A DNA stretch of 64,000 nucleotides, from positions 450-64,449 of the forward strand of contig CAMTMP010000008.1 in the NCBI GenBank assembly GCA_947073545.1. Direction: 5' to 3'. Shown in pieces: positions 26,577 through 37,137 of this stretch. A program made the position numbers and the translations under genes. The notes beneath the pieces are model-generated. The model had not been told where the DNA came from, made no database searches, and saw only the letters and a list, made by a program, of their open reading frames with translations. Each line of letters opens with the position of its first letter. Position 1 is the stretch's first letter. This DNA comes from an uncultured bacterium (lineage in GTDB: Bacteria; Bacillota; Clostridia; Lachnospirales; Lachnospiraceae).

Positions 26577-28988
26577 TTAAAGTGTCAGTAAAATCTCATT
26601 TTCTTCTTCCAGCAGATCGGCAGGAATATAATTGTCATTTAATAACTTTCCGTTTAGAAGAAGGGTTTCACAGCCGGACTCGCGTCCGTTCGGGTTTTCC
26701 ACAAGGATGTGCAAATGTTTTCCGCGAAAATCTTTATCGATTTCAATGCGTTTCCACTCCCGGGGAATGGCGGGTGCAAGCCTTATGCCGTATAAATCGG
26801 GGCGCAGACCGAGGATTCCCTCCACGCAGCCTACCATGACGGTGGAGGCCGTGCCGGTCAGCCAGTGGACATGGGAGCGGCCGTGATGAACGCTTGCGCG
26901 TCCTTCGGTAAACTGTCCGTAGCAGTATGGCTCAATGCGGCGGATTTCGGCAATGTCATTCTGGGCGGCGGGCGCGTTTTCCATAAAGTAAGTGAAAGCG
27001 CGGTCTCCATGTCCAAGCAGAGCTTCCGCCAGAATCAGCCAGCCCTGTGACTGGGAGAAAATGCCCGCATTTTCCTTGGTTCCCTGATTATAGATCACTG
27101 CCAGCGCGCCGTCGAAGGCGTGGGCGTGGTAGGGCGGATCCATCAGGAGTGCGCCGTATTTGGTATTCAGTTTTTCATAGACATTTGTCATGACCAGATC
27201 TGCCTGTCCGGCGTCCGCCAGCCCGCTGATGACGGAAAAGCTCTGGGGGTTGAGCCAGAGACTGGCCTCCGGGTCAGAGGCTGCGCCAATGCGCGTTCCA
27301 TCCTCAGCAAAGCCACGGATGAAGCGGTCGCTGTCCCAACAAAGCCCCTGTATTTTTTTCTTCATTTCCGATTGGTGTTCAGCCAGATAGTCCACATATT
27401 TTTTATCATTTTTAAAAGCGGCAAAATCCTTTAAGATCGTCATGGCATAGTAGAACTGCAGCGCCACGAAGGAAGATTCACCACCGGCGCCAAGTCGCAG
27501 GCAGTCGTTCCAGTCGGCGTAAAGACCAGCGGGCATCCCGTGGGGACCGAGGTGGTCAAAGGAGAACTGCACGGCGCGTTTCAGGTGCTCGTAAACGCTA
27601 GCTTCATCTTTGTCAGCGAAGGGAATGACTTCGTCGAGAAATGTGGTATTTCCGGTCTCTGAGATATATTTGCAGACGGTCGGGAAGAGCCACAGCGCGT
27701 CGTCGGCGCGGTATGCCGGATGCCCGGTTTCCTCACGGTAGGAGGCGTCGTCGGGGGTGTCTTCATGTCCCGGATTGTGGGTGAATTTCACCAGAGGCAG
27801 ACCGCCGCCGCTGCTTACCTGCGCGGAGAGCATAAAGCGGATTTTCTCCACGGCCATTTCCGGGGCAAGGTGGATGATACCCTGAATGTCCTGTACGGTG
27901 TCCCGGTAGCCGTAGCCGTTACGCAGACCGCAGTAGGTGAAGGAGGCCGCGCGGGACCAGATAAAGGTCATAAAGCAGTTGTAGGCGTTCCATGTGTTGA
28001 TCATGGTATTAAATTCCGGGCAGGGTGTGTTGACATTTAAGTGAACAAGCCTTTCGTCCCAGAGCTGTTTCAGTTCGCTTAATTCTTTTTTTACGGCAGC
28101 GGAAGGATCGGCATATCCGTCCAGGATATCCGCTGCTTCGGCGCTGCGTTTCATACCAAGTACAAACGCGATGGTTCTGCTTTCGCCGGGAGCCAGCTCT
28201 ACGGTGCAGGAAAGTGCACCGCAGGAATTTTCGTTGTAGCTTGTAACATTTCCCAGATCACCGGAGAGGACGCCCTGCGGATTGCTGTAACCGTGATAGT
28301 TTCCGAGAAAATGTGCCTTGTCGCCGCAGTAGGAGGAAACCTTTTCCCCGGCGAGACCGAAGAACCGCTCGGTGACGCACTTGCCGTCCACCTGCTCATC
28401 GGATGACAGGGTATCCAGATTGCCGTGAACCTGCTGCATGATCCGGTTTGTTTCAAACAGGGTTTTCGTGATAAACAGCGAGTATTGCAGATTCACCTGA
28501 TCCTGCTCATAGTTGTTGTGGTTTGTAAATTCGGCGTAGCCGGTAAGCGTCAGACTTCTTGTGTTCTGAGATCGGTTGGTCACGGACAGGGACCATATCT
28601 CATAGGTTTTCCCGTTCGGAACGTAGTATAACGCTTCCGAATCAATTTCGCTGTACCGCGCCGTCATTTTGGTGTAGCCGAGTCCGTGGGCACATTTGCT
28701 TTCGTAGCTGTCCGTGCTTTTTCCTACCGGCTGCCAGGAGGCGGACCAATAATCCTTTGAAGCGTTGTCGCGGATGTAAAGATACCGTCCGGGCTGGTCG
28801 AACTGGTTAAAAACATAGCGCAGGATTCTCCCATTGGCGCCCGATTTTGCAAAGCTGTAACCGCCTGCGTTATTGGAAATGACAGCCCCGTACTCGGGCG
28901 ACCCCAGATAGTTGGCCCAGGGGGCGGGGGTGTCCGGCCGTTCGATGACATATTCTCGGCTTACATCGTCAAAGTATCCGTATTTCAT
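26577..28988 (-). CDS. GH94 glycoside phosphorylase, cellodextrin/chitobiose-phosphorylase type
   Basis: MKYGYFDD..REYVIERPDTPAPWANYLG, GYGYRDTVQDIQG, catalytic ADWNDCLRL, KENAGIFS and HWLTGTAS. Confidence 0.9.
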   Translation of the reverse strand: MKYGYFDDVSREYVIERPDTPAPWANYLGSPEYGAVISNNAGGYSFAKSGANGRILRYVFNQFDQPGRYLYIRDNASKDYWSASWQPVGKSTDSYESKCAHGLGYTKMTARYSEIDSEALYYVPNGKTYEIWSLSVTNRSQNTRSLTLTGYAEFTNHNNYEQDQVNLQYSLFITKTLFETNRIMQQVHGNLDTLSSDEQVDGKCVTERFFGLAGEKVSSYCGDKAHFLGNYHGYSNPQGVLSGDLGNVTSYNENSCGALSCTVELAPGESRTIAFVLGMKRSAEAADILDGYADPSAAVKKELSELKQLWDERLVHLNVNTPCPEFNTMINTWNAYNCFMTFIWSRAASFTYCGLRNGYGYRDTVQDIQGIIHLAPEMAVEKIRFMLSAQVSSGGGLPLVKFTHNPGHEDTPDDASYREETGHPAYRADDALWLFPTVCKYISETGNTTFLDEVIPFADKDEASVYEHLKRAVQFSFDHLGPHGMPAGLYADWNDCLRLGAGGESSFVALQFYYAMTILKDFAAFKNDKKYVDYLAEHQSEMKKKIQGLCWDSDRFIRGFAEDGTRIGAASDPEASLWLNPQSFSVISGLADAGQADLVMTNVYEKLNTKYGALLMDPPYHAHAFDGALAVIYNQGTKENAGIFSQSQGWLILAEALLGHGDRAFTYFMENAPAAQNDIAEIRRIEPYCYGQFTEGRASVHHGRSHVHWLTGTASTVMVGCVEGILGLRPDLYGIRLAPAIPREWKRIEIDKDFRGKHLHILVENPNGRESGCETLLLNGKLLNDNYIPADLLEEENEILLTL

Positions 28989-29101
28989 AGTAATAGATTC
29001 CTTTCTGCTATTTGATTTTGATGACATAGATAATTGCGACAGCGCAAATCATTCAGGGAGATTGCGAATATTCTCTGAATCGTCGCTGCCAGGCGGTGAT
29101 T

Positions 29102-31801
29102 TTATATCAGATTTACGGTGATCCTGTGCGCACCGTCCGGCAGGCTGTCAAGCCGCTCCCGGGAGAGAAGTGCGGAGGCGTTGTCCTTCACGGGGAGGGC
29201 AATGTCGCCGCAGAGGGCGGATTCCATCGTATAGCTGCCAAAATCTTTTCCTGATTTGTTCTGACAGACAACGGTAAAGGTTTTTCCGGCAAAAGGGACG
29301 GTGATGGAAACCGTACCCTGATCGTCAAACTGTTCGGCAAGAAGTTTCGGGGCAATTATGAGCGCACCGTTATCGCCGTGTACGCCGAACACTTCCGTGA
29401 TCATGGTCATCATAAACCAGCTTGCCGCGCCCGTCAGATAGTGGTACATGCCGCGCCCGTCCGCCCGGAAATATTCGGGGATGCCTGGATAAATATGGCT
29501 GGTATCAAAGTCGAGAGCAGTGTCCGCAAGGTTTTTTAAGGCTTTCCATCCCTCTTTGACAAAGCCTTGGCGATACAGGGCATTCGCGTACATAACCGTC
29601 ATGTGGGAGAAGACCGCGCCGTTTTCCTTTTCACCGTAGGCAAAGCCGAACATTCTGCCCATATCGAATTTTAATTCTTTAAAATCTGTGTTCAGTCGAT
29701 AGCCGCCTGCTTCCTTCCGGTACAGATAGTGGTCTGCAGCCTTGACGATCTTGGATATATGTTTGTTTTCGGCAATACCGCTCATAATGGCGAAAACCTG
29801 TCCTGTCAGCATCATGCGAACCTGATTGTCAAAGAATCCTTCCACAGTTCTTCCGTGGTTGTCGTAATAGCTGTTAAACCATCCCTCTTCGCCGGTTCCT
29901 TCAATCCATTCCTGAGAGCGGATGTGCGTCGTCAGCCAGTCCGCCTTTTTCGTCAGATTTTCAGCGAGAGCGGCGAGATTGAATGTATTACGAATCCCGG
30001 TGACCGCATGGCGGCAGCGTGTGGCGTAATCCTCTAAAATCTGCTGCTTCTTTTTGATGTCGTCATAAACTGCCGGATCATCCGTAAGCAGAACGGAGAT
30101 TTCCTCTAAGAGATCCACTTTGTGATTGTCGGTGACACGGTCTAAAAGCAGGAGGAGTGAAGCCATATCTCGCAGATTTCCGGCGTAGGCACATGTAAAC
30201 GCCACGCTTTCGCCCTTATCCGCCGCCATATCAAGGGCATCATTCCAGTCCGCGCCACGCAGACGGTAGATATTGTGATCACCCACCTCGTAGAAAGCGG
30301 TGAGGTGCTCAACCAGCAGGTGTTCCAGAATGCTGCCCGTGTAGACTTCGTTTTTATCCGTGAGCTGCCTGCTGCCGCTGTCAGCCGACCAGAGCGTGTC
30401 TATGCCGGTTCCCCGCATGGACTGTGCGTCCTTGAAATAGGGCGCTTCTCGATACAGAATGTCGAGATCCCCGGTCTGGTCAATGTATAACTTTGTTGTC
30501 ATAAGGGGCCAGAGGGCGTGATCCATCCAGACGCGGGCGATACCGTTGCGGTCCGCAACAAAATTCCCGTTCCCGTCCCCGATGATGGTGGCGTTGGTGC
30601 CGTCGATACGGACGCCGCCGTAGTTTGCCTCGATCATCTTTCCGACGTCCTGCGGTTCCATCAGGAGCAGTGACAGGCAGTCCTGCCACAGATCGCGCCA
30701 GCCCCTGCCGCCTCTGCCGTAATCGTGGTGGGGCAGGAAGGAGCAGCCGAACAGCCGGCGCAGGAAAGGCTGGAAACATATCCATTTCATAAAGCAGTCA
30801 AAATCTTTGTCTCCTGTCTGGAAGCCGACGGACACTTTATCCTGCCAGTGTGCTTTTGTCTGCGCCAGCGCGTCTGACGCCTTTTTTTCCGTGTTGTATT
30901 TCTGGCAGATTTCCTCTATGCGGCTCTCCTCATTTTCTACGCCAAACAGGATAATATAAGCAGCCTTATCACCGGGAAGGAGGGTAAGGTTTTGGAAACG
31001 GAACGCACCCATGGCTTCCCGTCCCTCGGCAGTGGAAGAGGCAGGAACGCCGGGGCGTTTTTCACAGACGGCGCGGGGATGGGTGAAGGTGCCGCCCTCG
31101 CCGATATAGTCTTCCACGGTGGGGAAGAAGCCTTCCGGTTCCTGTCCCTTTGCGGTAAAACCGCAGACATAATAGGTCTTATGATTGATGCGGTGGCCTT
31201 TCTCGTCAAAGGACATGGTGGGACGGACAAGGACACCGTTCTCCGTTGTTTTGATGCGGTGCAGCATGGAGGTCACGCTGCGGTGATCTCTGATGTTATC
31301 CGCGCTTCTTCCATAAATGGGGATGGCGGCGTATGGCATCAGGGAAAGGTCCCGGTCTGACAGATTTCTGACAGTCACATACATAATTTCCACATTGTCG
31401 TCCTTTGGGACAAAGGAAGTGGTGACTGTTTCTATAGGAAAAGATTTGGAAGTGCGTTTTAAAGTATGCCACATAAACCCGGCGCTTAACTCGCTTTCAT
31501 CCTGTGAGGGGGAGAAGCGGGCGCTCTCCTGTCCGGCGGAAACGCCGGTGGCGGAATAGACTTCCGCATCATGTGTCACAAAGAAGAAGTTGCGGGTAGA
31601 ACGATTATTATGTAGATTCTCGGAACTGACAGGTTCCAACAGGAAGGTTTCCTGATCGATTTTGGCGTCGCCGCCAAGATTCGGTGTGACGCTGCTTTTT
31701 AATCCTGTTTCCGAGGCGAGGGGAAAATACAGACAGCTTGTGTTTTCCGGCTGCTTCATGGTAAAACTTCCGTGTTCATCAATAAAGGTTATAGGTTTCA
31801 A
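29102..31801 (-). CDS. GH94 glycoside phosphorylase, laminaribiose-phosphorylase type
   Basis: LYFPLASE, EPVSSENLHNNRSTRN, YGRSADNIRDHRSVTSMLHR, HHDYGRGGRGWRDLWQD and GADWNDALD resemble Paenibacillus laminaribiose phosphorylase (from recall). AAGGAG RBS with TTG start at 31801. Confidence 0.85.
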   Translation of the reverse strand: MKPITFIDEHGSFTMKQPENTSCLYFPLASETGLKSSVTPNLGGDAKIDQETFLLEPVSSENLHNNRSTRNFFFVTHDAEVYSATGVSAGQESARFSPSQDESELSAGFMWHTLKRTSKSFPIETVTTSFVPKDDNVEIMYVTVRNLSDRDLSLMPYAAIPIYGRSADNIRDHRSVTSMLHRIKTTENGVLVRPTMSFDEKGHRINHKTYYVCGFTAKGQEPEGFFPTVEDYIGEGGTFTHPRAVCEKRPGVPASSTAEGREAMGAFRFQNLTLLPGDKAAYIILFGVENEESRIEEICQKYNTEKKASDALAQTKAHWQDKVSVGFQTGDKDFDCFMKWICFQPFLRRLFGCSFLPHHDYGRGGRGWRDLWQDCLSLLLMEPQDVGKMIEANYGGVRIDGTNATIIGDGNGNFVADRNGIARVWMDHALWPLMTTKLYIDQTGDLDILYREAPYFKDAQSMRGTGIDTLWSADSGSRQLTDKNEVYTGSILEHLLVEHLTAFYEVGDHNIYRLRGADWNDALDMAADKGESVAFTCAYAGNLRDMASLLLLLDRVTDNHKVDLLEEISVLLTDDPAVYDDIKKKQQILEDYATRCRHAVTGIRNTFNLAALAENLTKKADWLTTHIRSQEWIEGTGEEGWFNSYYDNHGRTVEGFFDNQVRMMLTGQVFAIMSGIAENKHISKIVKAADHYLYRKEAGGYRLNTDFKELKFDMGRMFGFAYGEKENGAVFSHMTVMYANALYRQGFVKEGWKALKNLADTALDFDTSHIYPGIPEYFRADGRGMYHYLTGAASWFMMTMITEVFGVHGDNGALIIAPKLLAEQFDDQGTVSITVPFAGKTFTVVCQNKSGKDFGSYTMESALCGDIALPVKDNASALLSRERLDSLPDGAHRITVNLI

Positions 31802-32052
31802 TTTTTGGCGCTCCTTTCCGGGTCCGTTTTTAATGAGATAAACTTGCATGAAAATCATAGTAAAAATATGGGGAAAAGAAAATCAGAAAATTGAGAAAAA
31901 TATCAGAATTATGACATGAAAACAAGGGCGGTTATTTTCAAGAAAGCGCGGTAAATACAGATTTTTCAGATGTGTCAAGAATCTGATATTTTGTTAAGAA
32001 TCGTAATATATTCTCTCCCTTTCCCACGCTATACTCAGGAGGGTGATAGAGT

Positions 32053-32898
32053 ATGAGCTCAAAATCATTTAACCGTCTGCGTACGGTTTTCGCGCATGTG
32101 CTGTTGATATTTCTGTCCTTTTTGTGCCTGTTTTTCTTCTATATCCTGATCATAAATGCGACGCACTCCCATGCGGAGCTGCAGAGAGGTTTTTATGCCC
32201 TTCCCGGAACCAGTTTTTTAAAGGATTTTAACAGTGTGGCAAATAACGGGGAATTTCCCATGATGAGGGGTATTCTGAACAGCCTGATCGTCTCCGGCTG
32301 CAGTGCGGCAATCTGCATTTATTTTTCAGCGCTGACCGCATACGGGCTTTACGCTTACGATTTCAAGCTCAAGAAGATCGCGTTTACCTTTATTATGATG
32401 ATTCTTGTCATGCCTACACAGGTCACCGCAATGGGTTTCCTGCGCCTGATCACAAAGATGGGGATGTACGATTCCTTGCTGCCGCTGATCATTCCGTCGA
32501 TCGCATCACCGGCTGTATTCTATTTTATGTACAGTTACTTAGAGTCTTCTCTGCCGCTTTCGCTTGTGGAAGCAGCGAGAATCGATGGGGCGAAGGAATT
32601 TCGCACCTTTAACCAGATTGTTCTTCCCATTATGAAACCGGCAAGGGCGGTACAGGCGATCTTTACTTTTGTGGGTTCATGGAACAATTACTTCGTTCCC
32701 GCGCTTGTAATTCAGTCCAAAGATAAGATGACCGTGCCAATCTTGATTGCGCTCCTTCGAGGCGCCGATTATATGAACCGTGATATGGGAAAAATATACA
32801 TGATGATTCTGCTGGCAATCGTGCCGATCATCCTTGTGTATCTGCTTTTATCTAAGTATATTATCGCGGGCGTGACGCTCGGCGGCGTGAAGGGATAG
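32053..32898 (+). CDS. Carbohydrate ABC transporter permease (orphan)
   Basis: LVEAARIDGAKEFRTFNQIVLP and FVGSWNNYF. No partner permease or binding protein adjacent. Confidence 0.9.
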   Translation: MSSKSFNRLRTVFAHVLLIFLSFLCLFFFYILIINATHSHAELQRGFYALPGTSFLKDFNSVANNGEFPMMRGILNSLIVSGCSAAICIYFSALTAYGLYAYDFKLKKIAFTFIMMILVMPTQVTAMGFLRLITKMGMYDSLLPLIIPSIASPAVFYFMYSYLESSLPLSLVEAARIDGAKEFRTFNQIVLPIMKPARAVQAIFTFVGSWNNYFVPALVIQSKDKMTVPILIALLRGADYMNRDMGKIYMMILLAIVPIILVYLLLSKYIIAGVTLGGVKG

Positions 32899-33134
32899 TA
32901 TGCGAAGATTCTCTGTTTCTATACACGAAAAAGCGTCAGGTAACAATGGTTGTCTGGCGCTTTTCCTATTTAGAAAATATTGTAGAATGATAATCATCCA
33001 AAAGGATTCCGGTATGGACTGGATGCGCCTGTACTGAACGGCAAAGAAAATGCCGGACAAAAGAAATAGTAGTAGAAGAAGAGATTAGGTTATGATATAC
33101 TCGGATATATCATAATCTGGCTTTTTTTGCTATA

Positions 33135-33266
33135 AGAATTTCCTTCCAGTCCATCAATGGCATGGTGGAGGGCAATGTGAATGACATTGCGGAAACGGCC
33201 AATCAGATCAATACCATCAACGAAATTGTGGATGAGATCCATAATCTCCTGCAGAGGGAAGAATGA
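33135..33266 (+). pseudogene. C-terminal remnant of a methyl-accepting chemotaxis-like protein
   Basis: Translates as SFQSINGMVEGNVNDIAETANQINTINEIVDEIHNLLQREE*, a heptad MCP tail, with no upstream body. Confidence 0.45.
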
Positions 33267-33420
33267 TACATATGATACCGCGCATGAAGTTCACAACCCA
33301 GACGGGAAAAAGGCCGGAAGAAATAGGCCGTATCATGGAGGCTGGAAGAACTTTTCAGGGAGGCATCAGACGGGGAAGCCATATGACGGGAAAGGGGCAG
33401 AGACAGCGGAAATGGGAGAG

Positions 33421-34119
33421 ATGTGTATTACAGATGAGATCAGAGAAGCGCTGTCTGTGCAGAAAGACACTGCTTACCGGGATTTTCAGGCGAAGCTGAT
33501 ACCGACGATCGACAAAGAAACCGTGATCGGTGTGCGCACGCCCGCGCTTCGGAAGATGGCAAAGCAGTTGGCGAAGCGGGAGGAAATCGGTGAATTTTTG
33601 AGAAGCCTTCCCCACACATATTTTGAAGAAAACCAGCTTCACGCGTTTATCATTGCGCAGAGGAAGGACTTTGCGCAGTGCATGGAAGAGCTTTCTGTGT
33701 TTTTACACTATGTGGATAACTGGGCAACCTGTGACCAGTTGTTGCCGAAGGTGTTTCAGAAGCATCGGCAGGAGCTATTGCCTTACATTCGTGAGTGGCT
33801 TGCCTCCGCTCAGACTTATACGGTGCGGTTTGGCATAGGGATGCTGATGGGGCATTTTCTGGATGAAGACTTTGACCGGACTTATCCGGATATGGTTTCT
33901 AAAGTCCGCTCGGAGGAGTACTATGTCAATATGATGATCGCATGGTATTTCGCCACGGCGCTGGCGAAGCAGTATGAGGCGGTTTTGCCTTATATCGAGG
34001 AGAAAAAACTGGCGGACTGGACGCACAACAAGGCGATTCAGAAGGCGGTGGAGAGTTACCGGATTACGCCGGAACAGAAAGAGTATTTGAGAGGATTAAA
34101 AGTATCCGTAAAGAAGTGA
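33421..34119 (+). CDS. DNA alkylation repair protein (AlkD-like HEAT repeat)
   Basis: IGVRTPALRK, VDNWATCD, YYVNMMIAWYFATALAKQ and HNKAIQKAVESYR. Confidence 0.9.
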   Translation: MCITDEIREALSVQKDTAYRDFQAKLIPTIDKETVIGVRTPALRKMAKQLAKREEIGEFLRSLPHTYFEENQLHAFIIAQRKDFAQCMEELSVFLHYVDNWATCDQLLPKVFQKHRQELLPYIREWLASAQTYTVRFGIGMLMGHFLDEDFDRTYPDMVSKVRSEEYYVNMMIAWYFATALAKQYEAVLPYIEEKKLADWTHNKAIQKAVESYRITPEQKEYLRGLKVSVKK

Positions 34120-34200
34120 AGAGGATTGGGCGCCCGTCAGAAGCGGAGCGCCCTTTGTGACTGTGTGCCGGATGGAGCGGCAGGGCGGAAAGGAGAAGGT

Positions 34201-34986
34201 ATGACGAACGAAGAGATACTGCGGACTGCCATGAAACAGTCCGCGCTTGACATCAACTGCAATGCGGCGGACTTTTTATGTAATGATCCGGTGATCGTCC
34301 GATCCGGCGTGGGGCCGGACGCGCGGAAATATTATAAGGAGCCGATTGCCTGCAATCTGGTTTCCTACGGCAACAACGTGGTTGCCTCCGTGCGGGATGC
34401 ATACCGGGAGATTGTGGAGACGTATGTCAAAAAGTTTCCCTTTTATCATTGTTTTGAGACGCCTAATCTCCACTGGCTGAATGAGAGAATGGCGCCGCTT
34501 GGACAGAAAGTATGTTTTATGGCGGAGTATTATCTTCCCGATGTGGAGAAGCTGTGTGCGCTGTCATGCGGCTATGAGCTGCGGGTTTTGGAGCAGGCGG
34601 ATTTTTGGGACATGTATAAGCCGGAGTGGAGCAATGCGCTGTGCGCGGACAGGAAGGAGCTGGACGTCCTTGGCATGGGCGCTTACGACGGCGGAAAACT
34701 GGTGGGTCTGGCGGGATGTTCCGCGGACTGTGATACCATGTGGCAGATCGGTGTGGATGTGCTGCCGGAGTACAGGCGGCGCGGCGTGGCGGCGGCGCTC
34801 ACAAGTGGTCTGGCGTTAGAGATTGTGGAGAGGGGAAAAGTTCCCTTTTACTGTTCGGCGTGGTCCAATATCCGGTCGGTGAGAAATGCGGTGAAAAGCG
34901 GATTTATTCCCGCGTGGGTGGAGATGACGGTGAAGCCGGAAAGCGTGGTAGAGGAGTTAAACCAGGGAACGGCGCAGAGCGGCTAA
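34201..34986 (+). CDS. GNAT family N-acetyltransferase
   Basis: QIGVDVLPEYRRRGVAAAL and NIRSVRNAVKSGF. AAGGAG RBS. Confidence 0.88.
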   Translation: MTNEEILRTAMKQSALDINCNAADFLCNDPVIVRSGVGPDARKYYKEPIACNLVSYGNNVVASVRDAYREIVETYVKKFPFYHCFETPNLHWLNERMAPLGQKVCFMAEYYLPDVEKLCALSCGYELRVLEQADFWDMYKPEWSNALCADRKELDVLGMGAYDGGKLVGLAGCSADCDTMWQIGVDVLPEYRRRGVAAALTSGLALEIVERGKVPFYCSAWSNIRSVRNAVKSGFIPAWVEMTVKPESVVEELNQGTAQSG

Positions 34987-35107
34987 AGGACAAGAAAAGT
35001 TCTGAATGCGAAAAACAGAAGAAACGCCTGTACTCAAGTAAGACGGAAGAGCGGGAGTAAGGGGCAAAAACGGTTTGAGAGTTTGAGAAGGGGGATGTTG
35101 TATCATT

Positions 35108-36517
35108 ATGAAAAGGAAAATGCAGAGCAGCAGACATATGGCGGCAGGCGTTCTTGCCTGTGCGGGAGCGGTGTTTTTTGCAGCCTGCGGCGCGGGGAAC
35201 GGCGCAGGACAGAATGTGCAGACTGAGATGCCGGGAAATGATACAGGGGAGGAGCAGACGGAACTGTCAGGAAATATGGGGGAAGGGACAGTGATGGCGG
35301 ATGCGGGGACAGCCACAGAAAACGGACAGATTGGGCAGGCAGATGCCGGAGACGGTGCAGGATCGGAAAGTGCAGATGCGCTTGACCGGGAGAGAGCGCA
35401 GGTCAGGCATTATTATGGCGGTGTCCTGTCTCAGATCACCGGGACATGGCAGCTTCCGGACGGGGAGCTGGACACCTATGCCCTGAGTGAAGGGTTCTGT
35501 AAGATGCGTGACAATCGTTTTGCCGTGACGGATATTGACGGGGACGGCAGGGAAGAACTGATCGTTGTTAACGGCAATGCTTCCATGGCAGGTATGGTGG
35601 AAATTGTCTATGATTATGATCCTGCTTCCGGACAGCTTAAGAGGGAGTTTGAGTGCTTTCCGGCGCTCACCTACTATGACAATGGCTTCATAAAAGCGGA
35701 GTGGTCCCACAACCAGGGCTATGGGGAGCTGTGGCCTTTTACACTCTATCGGTATGATGCGGAGAATGACTCCTATATGGAGGCGGGCGCTGTGGACACA
35801 TGGGATAAAGCGATCAGCGAAACATGGCAAGAAGACCAGCCTTTCCCGGATGCGCTTGACACGGACGGCGACGGTACGCTGTACCATATTTGCAGAGAAG
35901 GGGAGGAATACACCTGCGCCTATGAGGATTACAAGTATAACAAGGCGGATTACGAAGCATGGTACGGAGAACTGATGGATGGGGCGAAGGAGATGACGGT
36001 TCCCTATCAGCCCATCGCCTATGAATCTTTTCAGGACTATACGCCTGCCTATTTAAAGATGATAGCCGAAGAAGCGGGCAAGGAGCGGACGGATATGGAG
36101 GCGGACTTAGGGCTGCTGGTTTTAGAGGAAGATCACTTTCTAGATGCAGCGCAGAAACTGCTTTCGGAAAAATACGGGATAGCGATGGAACAGCCGGATC
36201 CGGATTTTGAGGAGTGGACAGTCGGATCGGTAGACGGGAAGGCGCTGTTTGCTTTTGAGGCGCTGAATGCGGGACATATCAGCTACATGGGAGAAAAGTT
36301 TAAGGATGTGACCATCTTTGGCATTTATCCGGGAATCAGTGTGGACCGCGCATGGGAAAAACTGAAAGCTTACGGATTTTATGCCTCACCCTATGCGGAG
36401 GCGGAAAACAGTCTCATCACCGGGGAAGGATTCGGAAATATCAGCATCTGGCTTACGGCGCAGGATCATGTGGTGACAGAGATTACGGTGGGACCTTACT
36501 GCGCGTTTGCTGGGTGA
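35108..36517 (+). CDS. Hypothetical lipoprotein
   Basis: Lipobox VFFAAC, acidic linker, and DIDGDGREELI and DTDGDGT Ca-loop-like motifs. Confidence 0.75.
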   Translation: MKRKMQSSRHMAAGVLACAGAVFFAACGAGNGAGQNVQTEMPGNDTGEEQTELSGNMGEGTVMADAGTATENGQIGQADAGDGAGSESADALDRERAQVRHYYGGVLSQITGTWQLPDGELDTYALSEGFCKMRDNRFAVTDIDGDGREELIVVNGNASMAGMVEIVYDYDPASGQLKREFECFPALTYYDNGFIKAEWSHNQGYGELWPFTLYRYDAENDSYMEAGAVDTWDKAISETWQEDQPFPDALDTDGDGTLYHICREGEEYTCAYEDYKYNKADYEAWYGELMDGAKEMTVPYQPIAYESFQDYTPAYLKMIAEEAGKERTDMEADLGLLVLEEDHFLDAAQKLLSEKYGIAMEQPDPDFEEWTVGSVDGKALFAFEALNAGHISYMGEKFKDVTIFGIYPGISVDRAWEKLKAYGFYASPYAEAENSLITGEGFGNISIWLTAQDHVVTEITVGPYCAFAG

Positions 36518-36535
36518 GGGAAATGTTGGATTTTA

Positions 36536-37108
36536 GTGGTAATTTATGCGCACATCAACTCGATGAAATATTTTTACGAGAATGCCCCGCAGTATCATAT
36601 TGCCTGTGCCGGTTCTCTGCTGGGGATTGCCTTAGCGAAACCATCTTCTTTTCCGGTGGGCAGGGCCAGCTTTATGCAGATTGATCCTATGATTTTCACG
36701 GAATTTCTGCTCGCCAACGGCGACGAAAATCTTGTCAGGTATCTGGAAAGTGTGGATACCATTGAACCGATTCCAAGTGCGTTTTTCAATCCGCTTTATG
36801 AAAAACTGAAAATGTATTATGTCACGGGCGGTATGCCGGAGCCTGTGCTGATGTGGACAGAAGCAAGAGATGTCTCTGCCATGCAGGAGGCTTTGTCTGA
36901 AATCATTGGAGCATACGAGCGGGACTTTGCCAAGCATCCCAATGTCAGCGAGTTTCCGAAGATTTCTATGATTTGGAAGTCTGTACGATTTTCGTTGGAT
37001 AATCTGAAACTGGATCATGATGTACTGAATATTCCTTTATTTATGGCGGATCAGACGGAGCGATTGATCGGATTGGCGCTGGAGCAGAGAAAGGACGAAG
37101 TATCTTGA
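36536..37108 (+). pseudogene. Internally deleted AAA+ ATPase (DUF4143-associated family)
   Basis: INSMKYFYENAPQYHIACAGSLLG...YYVTGGMPE...KISMIWKSV joins directly to the terminal RFSLDNLK..DVLNIPLFMAD. Walker A/B and most of the C-terminal domain are missing. Confidence 0.75.
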
Positions 37109-37137
37109 TATAGATTGGGAAAGAGAGGGAACGGAAG

